Assembly (NCBI RefSeq): GCF_011386835.1
Contig: NW_027052712.1
Span: 124,001 to 188,000 of the forward strand
Length of the DNA stretch: 64,000 nucleotides
DNA from: Chrysemys picta bellii
Taxonomy: Eukaryota
Reading direction: 5' to 3'
This document shows, one piece after another, positions 1 to 11,765 of this stretch; position 1 is the stretch's first letter; every line of letters starts with the position of its first letter. Both the position numbers and the translations under genes were made by a program. The notes under the pieces were generated by a model. It had not been told where the DNA came from, ran no database searches, and worked only from the letters and a program-made list of their open reading frames with translations.

Positions 1-967
1 CAGAAAACTGCCTTGCTTGTAGCGATAACGTCTGCAAGGAGGTTGTGTGAATTGCAGGCTTGATGGTAGAGCACCCTTACATGCAGTTTTCTAGAGACAA
101 AGTAACCCTGATGCTGCATCCTAAGTTTTTATCCAAGGTGGTTTCCCAGTTTCAGTTGAATTGAGCTATATATTTACCAGCGTTCTTCCCTAAGCCACAT
201 TCAACCCCAGAGGAACAACATCTCAACACTGGATGTCAGGCGATGTTTAGCTTTTTATCTGGATAAGACCAAACATTTCTGTTCCTCATCTCTTTTGTTT
301 CATATGCAGACTGAATGAAGGGTCAAGCAGTCTCTTCACAGATGATCTCCAGGTGGGTACATTCCTGTATCCTGACAGCATACAAAGTAACCCAGACTAG
401 GCCTCCTTATGTCTCCTCATTCCACAAGAGCCCAGGCAATATCAATGACCTTTCTATATTGGACATTTGCAGAGCTGCCACCTGGTCTTCTGTACGTACT
501 TTTAAAAGCCACTGTGCCATTACTGCTGCATCCAAATCAGATGCAAACTTTGGGAAGGCAATCCTGCAGTCCTTGTTTAAAGAGACTCAGAGCCCCACCT
601 CCTACAAGTACTGTTTGTAAATTACCTAACTGGAATTACACAGCTGCATCTGCTTGAAGAAGAAAAGGCTACCTACTTTTAATTGTTATTTTTCAAGATG
701 TGGCACAGACATGTATTCCACGATCCACCTTCTGTCCCCTCTGCATTGGAGTCTGTACTTCTGACGTTTGGTGTGAAGGAACTGAGAGGGTCAGGCCACC
801 TCATATGGCCAGATGAAGGGCTTAGGGGACAAGTCATGAGCGCCGCCCCTATGGGTACTGCTAAGCAAAGTTCTCTGGCTCTGGTGCACTGGGTGTGCAC
901 ACACCTAAGTAGAGTACATGTCTGCATCACATCTCGAAGAAAAGTTATGGGTAGTTAACTGTTCTTT
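1..967 (+). mobile_element. DIRS-type (tyrosine recombinase) retrotransposon, 3' part: degenerate YR, internal complementary region (ICR) and right terminal repeat; lies in a RYR2 intron
   Basis: Frameshifted translation gives KTALLVAITSARRLCELQA (1-60), LHPKFLSKVVSQF, HSTRA (ORF 409) and DICRAATWSSVRTF (ORF 315), all DIRS YR motifs. 667-720 is the imperfect reverse complement of 911-960 (shared TACATGTCTG..CACATCT.GAA), the ICR/right-terminus arrangement of DIRS. Confidence 0.85.
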
Positions 968-1159
968 CACCATTGTCTCTTGTGAAGGCTAAACTTACTT
1001 TTTTAAAAAGCAATAGCAGATGGAAAGAGATGAACATGTGTGCCTGTTAGAATGAACATACTGAGAGCATTAATTGAAGGATTTGCCATGCAACCAAAAT
1101 AGTTGGGTTCTGAGAGGTGGGATGTTGCAATTAAGGCTACATAATATAGTGCCATCTGT

Positions 1160-1740
1160 CACTGTGTCAGGTTGCTTTGCTCATACATGTTGGACAATTG
1201 CTTCTTTGCCTGAGGACATTCTCCAGTGGGAAATTCCACATGTTTCCATCTTGTCAGCTCTTTTGTTCATCGTTTACATGAGGCCTTTGGAAAGGTTAGT
1301 GAGGAGGCATAGGTTGCAATGTCTTCAGTGTGCTGATGACATGTAGCTTTATAACTCCATTTAAACTGTCCCAGCTGGAGATGTCATTGCCTTATTCATT
1401 ATTTGAGAGAGAATGCGGTGTAGATTGAGACCCAGTCTGTAAACCTGTATCCTGTGATCTGCACTGGCTGACTGTTGGTTACTGGATTTTAAGATGGTTG
1501 GTTTTGACCTATAAGCCCGAAGTGGCCTGGGACCTACCTACCTCATAGACTTCCTTTCTCCCAGTGGCAAACTATCCCTAGGTAGTCAGTGGAGATGCCT
1601 GAGCATAAGCTCAATCGTTACCAGAGAGGAGGTGGCTGACAGGGCCCTGGATCTTTGGAACTTGCTTTCCCTCAAGTCCATAACAACCTGAATTTGTCAG
1701 CCTTCAGAGCACTCTGCAAGACCCACTTTTCTTTTTTTGC
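1160..1740 (+). mobile_element. L2-clade LINE fragment (RT C-terminal part and 3' region)
   Basis: ORF 1074-1346 has SILSALLFIVYMRPLERLVRRHRLQCLQCADD (cf. GSILSPLLFNIYM...YADD). Downstream it reads LHWL..., LTYK and ...CKTHF, typical of the L2 ORF2 end. Confidence 0.75.
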
Positions 1741-3144
1741 TGTAAGGAGATGGGGAGTTGGTTGTGATGCTTTGGTACTCTGGAGACTGTGGGAAGTCAT
1801 TTATTTTTTATTGTATTTATGCTGATCCTGGGGTATTAATTGTTCTAGGAGAATTAAAGGGCTTTGGTTTGTTTACAATGTGTCTATGTAATCAAGGTGT
1901 GATTGCAGCTTGTGTAGGCATACCCATGCTCATTTTAACCTAGCTGCTTCAGGCTAAAAGTAGCAGAGAAGGTGTGGTGGTGCAAAATTGTCAAGGATGC
2001 CCACAGCATTGAAGAGGATGCTCTTTTATTACAGTTATAGTTTGTAAAAATTCAAATCAATATATACATCCTTTTGGAGTAACACATGTCAAGAGTTTGA
2101 TGGTTTCATTGCTTTTATAAATAATGATCTTTGATTGCCTTGTACCAGCTAACATGTAGTTAGATGATGAATTTTGCTCTGAGAGGATACCTCCCAGCTT
2201 CTTATAGGTGTGCTTAGATAAGAGTTCTCAGCTATGTGGCAAATTGTTTACAATTCTGATGTGTTGTCTCAAAGATTCAAGCAAACTTTTGTTTTTAAAA
2301 AGGCATTTGTAAAAAACAGAATTCCAGGTTTTGATAGCCTCAAGCAGTGTATCTCATGCTGTTTGCTTTTCCAGTTTGGTTTCCCTGGTTGTGAGTAACT
2401 GAATATAAGTTGACAGGTCTTAACTGTAAAACTTGAGCCTAATTCTCATCTCACTTTCACAATTTGTACAGCAGTAAACTCCATTAACTTCAGTGGCATT
2501 GGTCTTATTTATACCAGTGCAAGTGAGGGAAGAATCAGGCCCTTTGTATTTATAATATAGGTCTCTGACCCTAGAATGTTTTTTCCTTTTCTGTTTCTCT
2601 AAGAAATGGCCCATTACTTCTTCGGAGCTCTGTTAATGGAATTCCATTACTAAGTGACAAGCATAGTGAGCGCAGGAGCTGCAGGATGCACATAGCCCCT
2701 GGCCATCTCCATGGTATTCATATAATAAAGCTATGAACTCTGCTAAGTATATAGTAGTATCCTTTTATTGGGTTGGGGTTTTTTTTTTAAATAAAGATTC
2801 CATTACCCTACAAATGTGTGTCTACCTTTTACCTACTATATAAAAGAAAAGGCTAGGGCTGTACATATAAAACAGAAATCCACTTGTCCCAAAACACCCA
2901 ATTAAAAAGTATGTTACAAAATCTCTGCCAGTCTAGTTGGAGGGACTTGTTTTCTTTTTGTGTAGTCAGCTTTGTTTCACATATTTAGACACAAGAGTGA
3001 TTTTCAAAATATATGAAGGTTTCTACTACTTCTGGAGACCACTTCTCATTTGATCTTACTCCGTCAGAGCGCAACCTTGGTTTCCATGGGTATGCACATT
3101 TTGCCATATTGTACTCTTGAATGTTAAGTATCATTTTTATTTAA

Positions 3145-3249
<105 letters not shown>

Positions 3250-3454
3250 TAGCATATTTAAGTAAAGTGCTGGTTGCCAGAATGTCCATTCATTATCCAA
3301 ATGCGATGATTCATCAGAGAGTAATTTTAAACTGACCGGAAAGTATGCAGTTAGCAGTACAACAAAGGGTTCAGTATCAAACAGCATACTGGGCAAGATT
3401 CTGTCCTCAGTTACCCCTCAGTGAAACCATATTGAAGTCACACAAATAAAACTG

Positions 3455-3664
3455 CAACAGAGAGTCCTGTGGCACCTTTAAGACTAACAGATGTATTGGA
3501 GCATAAGCTTTCGTTGGTGAATGCCCACTTCGTTGGATGCGACAAAGTGAGCATTCACCCACGAAAGCTTATGCTCCAATACATCTGTTAGTCTTAAAGG
3601 TGCCACAGGACTCTCTGTTGCTTTTTACGGATCCAGACTAACACGGCTACCCCTCTGATACTTG
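3455..3664. mobile_element. Penelope-like element terminal repeats, head-to-head (palindrome 3455-3620), with 13-bp flanking direct repeat
   Basis: Arms CAACAGAGAGTCCTGTGGCACC... / ...GGTGCCACAGGACTCTCTGTTG are near-perfect reverse complements. ACAAATAAAACTG occurs at 3442-3454 and 3665-3677. Same terminal family as 32900-32984 and 63891-64000. Confidence 0.8.
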
Positions 3665-4273
3665 ACAAATAAAACTGAGAGTCTGGTCTACCGAGATGAC
3701 TTTCCATGACTGACTTTTTTTTAACTGAATGACTTTTTAAATATCTTCTTAGAGCAAATATATTACTATATCACATAAAAGCCTACAGAAACAATTCTGT
3801 AGCATTCTGTAGAACAGTCTTAATACAATTCCTTTTAATCAAAGTGCTCTGCTAACAGCCAGGTTACAGAATAGCATTCACTGTTGCCCACTTTTGCCTG
3901 TGAAAGGGGTACAGTGGAGAGAGAGATCTTTGACTGCACTTCAGCACTACCAGTTAGAATCACACAGGACACAGTTAATCAAAACTGATATTCTGCTCTT
4001 GACACATTTTAGACCTATTTGTCCACTACCTGCAATCTCAGTTGGTTCTTTGGTACATCTGGCTCCTTATAGGTGATAAACTAACAAAACTAAGCCAAAA
4101 CACCTACCAATTTATTTTTATGTGTCTTTTTATGTTAATGCTAAGGATTTTATTTTATTTTAACTTTGTCAGCTGTGGCTGAATAGAACAAAACTGACCT
4201 CAGTGGTTGGTGAAGGCTTTTTTAGTTTAGCTTGGAGGTTCCCAATATTCAGCATTAATGAAACCAGGTTACA

Positions 4274-4320
4274 GATCATAGAATCATAGGACTGGAAGAG
4301 GTCATCTTGTCCAGTCCCCT
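4274..4320 (-). mobile_element. CR1 LINE extreme 3' end (short fragment)
   Basis: ATCATAGAATCATAGGACTGGAAG...GGTCATCTTGTCCAGTCCCCTG is the reverse complement of the CR1 3' tail. Confidence 0.6.
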
Positions 4321-4890
4321 GTTATGGTTAATCTCACTTGTGTATTTTCTTTGGATATCCTAAGTGAAAGTAGTCTGTTCCTGCAGAGTTCCCATTTTCT
4401 TGTTTAAATCTGACTGTCAGAATTCAGAAGAGTATCAGGTACCTGCTGTGTTCTGTAATCTCAACTGAGAGCGTATTCAGTTTCAAATGGGTAAACATAA
4501 CTACCTTTGAGGTAAAGATTGCTATGGACTACAGTGACTCTTATATTCATTTAAGTAGCCTGGCGAGAACAAAAAGGAAAAATTGCTTTTCAGCCCTGAT
4601 TAATTCATGCCCTCTTTTCTCCTGATCTATTCCTATTCAGTTATTGATGCCAAAGATTTTTTTACCAAACAGCAAGAAGTGATTGTGACAGCAATTAAAT
4701 TTCTGTTCATGTGCTTGGCTGAGGCTTAGGCTGAGTCCTTAAAGCAAAAACCTTTATTAAGCACATAGTATATTTCATGTTTCAGAATTTCTAAATAAAT
4801 TGTTGTGTGCTTATTGGTTTTTTTTTTCCAAAGAAGCTAGCACTGTTATAGAGCATTTCAACAATGTATATATTTTCTGGATTTTTTTAG

Positions 4891-4991
4891 ACCAAATGCT
4901 TTATCTGTGGGATAGGCAATGACTACTTTGACACAGTGCCCCATGGCTTTGAAACACATACCCTGCAGGAGCACAACTTGGCCAATTATCT
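4891..4991 (+). CDS. RYR2: RYR2 exon (101 bp): [33 protein letters not shown](L); Zn-binding CxxC...HxxxxH of the C-terminal domain
   Basis: Acceptor TTTTTTTAG ends at 4890, donor GTAAGT at 4992. NDYFDTVPH is the RYR2 form (RYR1 SDYFDTTPH, RYR3 NDYFDTTPH). Confidence 0.97.
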
Positions 4992-5555
4992 GTAAGTACA
5001 GAACCACACAAACATCAATAACTCATGACTTCCATCAGCCCTTGCAAGTAACTAATCAGTCCCACAAAATAAGGGAGAAGGACCACTGTATAGATTTTAT
5101 ATGCTGTATGAGTGAACAAGAGAGGTATAGAGAAAGATTCCTTTCCATTTTTCTCATTGTGATACGTAATGCCAGGTTAAAGGTTGCCTGTGTAACCTTA
5201 ATTCAGCCCCACTATGCATATGTATTATGATGCAGACTTTAATTACATGATTGCATAGTATTTATTCCATGGGCCGTCTCATTCAGTGCACAGAATGAGC
5301 CCTGCTCTGGGAATGAATTAGTGCTGTGTAGTGAAAGAAACTGTTATTTGCAGCAGAAATTGGAAGGTGTATAGCAAATGAAGTAGGGAACAGATAGCAT
5401 AAAAAGGACAGCCGCACAGTTAAGGCAGTTGAATGCTGCCCTGGAGAATTGGATCCTATCACTGTCTATGCTACAGAGTTCCTGTGTGGTGCTAATCAAG
5501 CCATTTAAACCATTTTTTTCACAAGTGGCTACTAATTGTGTATTCTTGATTATCT

Positions 5556-5696
5556 GGGTGCCCAACTTGAGACGGAAGTGCTTGGTTCTCACAGCTGCAA
5601 CTAAAGTCAATGGAAGCTGCATTTGAATATATAAAGTGCTATCTAATGCTAAGTATTCTGAAAAATCTGGTCCTAGGTACCTCAAATTGGGCACTC
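5556..5696. repeat. Old palindromic MITE-like repeat (unclassified; similar decayed elements at ~2420-2545, 26785-26885, 35641-35735, 60440-60535)
   Basis: Imperfect terminal inverted repeats GGGTGCCCAACTTGAG / CTCAAATTGGGCACTC. Confidence 0.4.
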
Positions 5697-6415
5697 AAAA
5701 TTAATGGTCATGCTTTACGTTTATATTTTATAGAGAGAGATGTCATGTCTAGAATGGATTTAATATAAAAATGAGCTAGATTATGAAATCATCAGCATGT
5801 GTGTAAATATGCCAAAGCATCAAGCCTAGAGTATTAATAAAACCACAGGGTTATATTCTGCTGTCAAAGTTTTTTCATCTGTATTGACTAGTTTGAACCA
5901 CAAGATATAATAAAACACCCTCTTTAATAAACTGTTTAATAAACTGATTCTGAAAGCCTTAATCATCTTGAATAATGTGTATTCATGGAAACAGTCTCCT
6001 TGACTATTCACCAATGTAAGTGTGTACAATAAAGCCCTAATTCACTAGTCTGAGACAAGAAAATTTCAGTTATAATTTTCCTATTAGAAGGGTTGGGAAA
6101 GCTTCATCTAAGCATCATAACTGCTGCATGGTTATAGTAAACAAAACTCGAATCTCTTACTCTTTTGAGGGTCATCCATTATTAATTGTAGTCAGCTAGT
6201 AAAAATGAATGATGGGTGAACCTCAGAAGTGTTGAGATTGTGTGTGGTTTAATATATATCTAAAATTCTAAATGTCATGCATATATTGTATATCCATTAA
6301 CAGAATTATTCTTATTCTATAAAACATAATGGCAAACATCCATCTGTCTGTATTTCTCCTTGGTTTTCTGATATTTCCATGTGCTTGTTTCTGATGAAAA
6401 TGTCTTTGTCTGTAG

Positions 6416-6467
6416 ATTTTTTCTGATGTATCTCATTAACAAAGATGAAACAGAGCATACAGGACAG
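6416..6467 (+). CDS. RYR2: RYR2 penultimate exon (52 bp): FFLMYLINKDETEHTGQ
   Basis: Acceptor TGTAG ends at 6415, donor GTAAGT at 6468. Phase-2 join CT|A gives Leu. Confidence 0.97.
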
Positions 6468-7728
6468 GTAAGTGAGCACTGTTTATACCAGTATTATTTA
6501 AAAACTGTTAGTGATAAAAGTCAGGAATGTTCAGTATGGCACAACTAGATAAGAATTCTAACCAATCGTATGAAGCTCTCCCTGTGGAACAAGTGACCTC
6601 ATTCAAAACATTCCTTAAAACTCACTTATTTTGGCCAGAGTTTCATTGTTAACCTCCTCTTCAGCACCTTTGCATCTGTTCTGGTACCTGATTTTGTACT
6701 CTTAAAACTTGTCTCCCCAAAATAAGCATGAAAGGAAAATTGCAACTAACAAAATACGTACATCCCATTAAAATAACAAGTCACTTGACTTTTTCCTATT
6801 GGCTATCTCCCTCGCTTCCTTTGTTACTGTTATTACTTACGTGGTTACTTGTAATTTATATTGTATTCTTTTCAAAGCCAGGACAGTGCCATCTATCTCT
6901 GTAAAATACCATTTTCTCCCATTGTACTGTATAAGCAATATTGAAAGCTGGTGATTTCCATAAGAGGCAGGCTTATTAGACATAAGGACAATTATAGTGA
7001 GACTTGCACCTCTTAACGAGGATATCAAACTGGATTCTAACTTTCAGATTGGAATAAGCATTCACAAATTTGGCAAGGGGAAGAGAATTTGTTCATGTAC
7101 AATGAGTAACAGTGTGTCCATTAATGACATACAGCCCAGATACACATGAAATTCAGGCAGGTGACATTCATTTAAGAGGAGAACAGATAAAACTAAAGCT
7201 TCTTAAATTTCACAACATTTTATCCAAATGAAATTCTAACCACTTGCTCAGCTCAGCCTATTAGTTCCTATGCTCACTTTTTCTCTCCCCTCCCTGGAGA
7301 GCAAGGAGGCAGGACTATGGATCCATTCCCTTCCCTCCCTTTCACTAGCATGCAGAATAGAGCTGGCTCACCCAGGGAACAATCCAGCACAAGGAGCAGC
7401 CTAAAGACACTGTACACTGCTGTACACCACCCCCAAATCACTCTTGCAAAGATAAGAACTGCAGACTCTCATTTATTTTTTGTTAATTTCAGTGGGCTCT
7501 GCAGGGGCTTTAGATGGCACAGCCATGGATGGTGAGCAGATACGCCATACCAGAGGGATATAGCCAGAGGCCAGAGAGAATGCCCTCTGAGGCGAGTGTA
7601 CTCAGAGCCTCCTCCTACTTCTCTTTTTGGGAAGTATATCATAGATTCTCCCACAGTACCCACAGCTGCATTGCTGAAAGTTGGAGCCCTGCCTATGCCC
7701 TCTTTGGGTTGTCTTTCTATCTAGCTAC

Positions 7729-8387
7729 TGTGACAAAGTTCCTCCTCTATCTTGGTGGGTCCTGAGCTTATTGGCGGATTTTCTTGCCTCAGAGATTCAC
7801 CATGTGGTTTGGGGAACAGCCCAAAGGCCTTCCCCTCTGGAAGAACCCACAGTCCAGGTCAGTTGGGAGGTTTGAGGGGAACCCGGGCCCGCCATCTACT
7901 CCAGCCCAGTGCCCTGTGGACTGCAGCTGTCTATAATGCCTCCTGTAACAGCTGCATGACAGCTACAACTCCCTGGGCTACTTCCCCATGGCCTCCTCCA
8001 AACACCTTCCTTATTCTCACCACAGGACCTTCCTCCTGGTGTCTGATAACGCTTGTGCTCCTCAGTCCTCCAGCAGCACACCCTCTCACTCTCAGCTCCT
8101 TGCACCTCTTGCTCCCAGCTCCTCACACTCACACCACAAACTGACATGAGCGCCTTTTTTAAAACCCAGGTGCCCTGATTAGCCTGTCTTAATTGATTCT
8201 AGCAACTTCTTAATTGGCTCCAGGTGTCCTAATTAGCCTGCCTACCTTAACTGGTTCTAGCAGGTTCCTGATTACTCTAGTGCAGCCCCTGCTCTGGTCA
8301 CTCAGGGAACAGAAAACTACTCATCCAGTGACCAGTATATTTGCCCTCTACCAGACTCCTGTACCCCACTGGTCTGGGTCTGTCACA
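7729..8387. mobile_element. Solo LTR (Gypsy-like), 659 bp, in the last intron of RYR2
   Basis: Termini TGTGACA...TGTCACA, with a 4-bp TSD CTAC at 7725-7728 and 8388-8391. Confidence 0.85.
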
Positions 8388-9889
8388 CTACATACTTATA
8401 AGGCTCACCTCACTGTAGCAATCATTCATGTATTATTCCTCACAACACCCCTGTTACGTGAAACACTGTTGGCACTAATGCTTCCTTGCATTCAAAACCC
8501 ACAAACGTGATATGGGTTGCATCTTGCACAGGTGCACTTGATGAGAAGAGACTTTCCTTGCCCTCATTCCTTTTACACCTTCACAAGGGCAACCAGAACT
8601 AAACCATATTTTTGGCAAGGGTGCTTGTTAGTCTTCACAGGCCATATCTTCCAGTGGCTTCCTTTTTTGAATGAGCATCTATGTGCATGAATTGTATAAA
8701 CTGGAATGTAAAGATCTGCTTTCTTTACAAACATTCACATTTTGAGTCCAGATGTAGGTGGCTACATGCTTTTTTGGGTGCAGATAAAAGGTAAACCCTT
8801 TGGGAAATGATGCCCCAAAGATTTATTTTACCAAGATTTTTTTTTCTTGCCTTCACTGTTCTTTGAAATGTTCTTCCAAACCTTTTGACACTTCCTCAAG
8901 CCTTTTAGCTACAATTGTCAACAGAAAAAAAGTGTGCCAAACGTGCTCAGACAGCTGGAATTCCCACTGAGAGCTGTGTAAGAGTGATCGGTAAAGTGAT
9001 GGGTAGTTGCAGGTCCTACACACACACAGATTGCTTACAGTACACCACGGGGATACAGCACATTTTTGCTGTTTGTTTAAACTGTTCTCTCTGAAATCTG
9101 ACAAATATACTAAACTACTGTAATCATGTTCTGTCTATATACGGCCTGTCAGTCTTGACTGGGTGCACATTTTATAAACTTGTTTTACTGTTTCTGAATA
9201 TCTATTTTGTCCTTTGACAATGACATGTTAAACTAGACTAAAATGTTTACCTCTGTTTTGTAAATTGATAATATTTGTTATGGAAAAATACTGCTGCATT
9301 TATGTTTGCTCCATTGTTTGACCTTACTTATTGTGTGTGTTGACCCACTGCATACACTGAGTCCAGACAGTGACGACCAATAATCACTCCAGTCTGGTTA
9401 GTTATTCAATGCTTTCATTTAGATGTGGGGAATGAGAGAGCCCTCTGAGCTATCTAATCAACTGAATCACTGGTATTTGCTACAATAAAATGCTGTCTCG
9501 TTTTGTTTTTACTGTATTATTCAAAAGCTGAAGAGTCACCCTTAAAATGTGCAATACACCAGATTCAATGAATGTAGGGATATATTTGGTATAAGCGCTA
9601 TACATCAGGACAAGACTAGTAAACTATCTGTTAAAACAGGTGGGGATAAAACCTATAGTTAGGGGAAACTTCCCATTTATGGATTCTACCAGAAATTGAT
9701 ATCATTAAAGCCATTGTATTATTTTATATATTGCACACGGGCATGTTTGAAATGCTGATGTAGAAATTCAGCGGAGGTTCCTTTAAGGATCATTAAAACA
9801 CTAATCTTTAGCTACAGTTTGGTATTGTGGGCAACTGTACTTGAGCTTCAAGTTGCTCCTGGACATAAAAGAGCAAAACTAATTGTTTT

Positions 9890-10188
9890 GGCCAGGTCTA
9901 CATTGGGGGGGGGGGAGGAATTGACCTAAGATACGTAACATCAGCTACAAGAATAGCGTAGCTGAAGTCGACGTATCTTAGGTCAACTTACCTCGCGTCC
10001 TCACAGTGCAGGGTCGACTGCCGCTGCTCCCCCGTCGACTCCGCTTCCGCCTCTCGCCGCAATGGAGTACAGAAGTCAACGGCAGAGCGATCAGGGATTG
10101 ATTTATGCCGTCTACACTAAACGCAATAAATTGATCCCCAATAGATCGATCACTATCCGCCAATCCGGTGGGTAGTGTAGAAGTACCC
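9890..10188. mobile_element. PIF/Harbinger non-autonomous element (MITE), same family as 30307-30579
   Basis: Ends GGCCAGGTCTACA.../...GTAGTGTAGAAGTACCC, flanked by TTT/TTT. Shares the internal palindrome GACCTAAGATACG..CAGCTAC..GTAGCTG..CGTATCTTAGGTC with the 30.3 kb copy. Confidence 0.8.
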
Positions 10189-10487
10189 TTTGTCTCCATT
10201 TTTTATTTCATCAGAAAGAAGGTCAAAATTCCTGAGCTCTTCAAGAGTCTCTTTAAACTACTCCCTAGCCTAACATGTGTGTGTTTCTATAATACTTTCA
10301 TCCAGGAGATAGAAACCCAAAAGCCTAGACTAAAATAAACTAAGTTGTTAGTGTATTCCATCACATATAGGTTCATACACAGCAGATCAATTTTGAATTG
10401 AATCAGAAAATTTAGAACAGAATGTAGTCTTTTTTGAAAGACGAGGGATGACTAATGTACTCTCACTGAATCAGATTAATTATTTAA

Positions 10488-10601
<114 letters not shown>

Positions 10602-11472
10602 ATACGAATCGCCACTGAAAATATATCTATCCATCTCCCAACTCTTTAGGGAAGAACTGATTTCTCGACTCTCCAAAGCTGTGTGCTTTTTGGAGCACCA
10701 AAGCTATGTTTCTGATTACCTGACTGTGCTGGGTTTTTTCCCTGTTTATTTGCTTTGAGAACAATGGAGTAAAGAACAATGAAAACTTAAAACAGCAACT
10801 CATGGGGGGGAAAAAAACCACACACCCACACATAAATCCCCATACATAACATGCACACACACGAAGAGGCAATTATTTTATGAGACTGCCAGATGAATCC
10901 CTTGATTCTGAGAACACACGTGGGGTAATGTGGTAGTGACATTCATTCAATCTATTTATTTCATCATCCTGGAAGAAACTATATAGTTCACAGAGCACTG
11001 TAAAGGATTGTTTTGGACACTAAGTTGTGGGGAAATAGTGCCTTACTATATGTGGGTTGAGCTATGCAGAAGATGAGTGCATGATGACATATTATCTTTT
11101 CTTTGTGCCGTCCCTTTCTTCCCAGTTAATATTTATTTTGTGTTTTGGTGAGGTTGCGGGGGGAGGGGTTTGACTGTGCACATCTTTTTAATAAGACTGT
11201 GGCGTGTCTCAGGACAAGAGTAGGTTATTCTCGTCAAGCTAAGTTCACATTTACCTTCCTCTTTTGCTCTTGCTCTTATTTTGGTAATGCTCTGATGCAA
11301 CACTGCAACTTTATGAAATCTTTGTATGAAAACAGATTGAAAAACACTTTAAAAAGAAATATTTCATTGCATGTTTATTATGCAAGTTTAAAACCAAGAA
11401 ACAAAAAACAACAACCTTCAAAAGCAAGTTGATCAACATGAGAAAAACAATCACAATAATCATACTCATAGT

Positions 11473-11478
11473 AATAAA
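11473..11478 (+). terminator. Candidate RYR2 polyadenylation signal 1
   Basis: AATAAA followed by GU-rich GTGTTGTGGGCTTT. Confidence 0.45.
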
Positions 11479-11759
11479 GTGTTGTGGGCTTTATTGTACA
11501 TTTGGAATCAGTGTCATCAGCCAACAATGTATATGTTATGAACTTAACGGTAGTTTTGGTTTAATTTCTTTTTCTCTTTCTTTCATTTTTGCCACCTGTG
11601 ATCAATAGTGGAGTTAAAGATTTTCTTGTTAGACCATTTTTTAAAATCAAAGCTGAAGCAATATCCATTCAGGGATTCCATCAGGTCCATCATGAAGCAC
11701 CAATGATGTGTACATCACTCCATTTTGAGTCCTTTTCAATTGTAATGGCAGTCTTTACA

Positions 11760-11765
11760 AATAAA
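11760..11765 (+). terminator. Candidate RYR2 polyadenylation signal 2
   Basis: AATAAA hexamer with GTGGTTTTG downstream. Confidence 0.35.
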
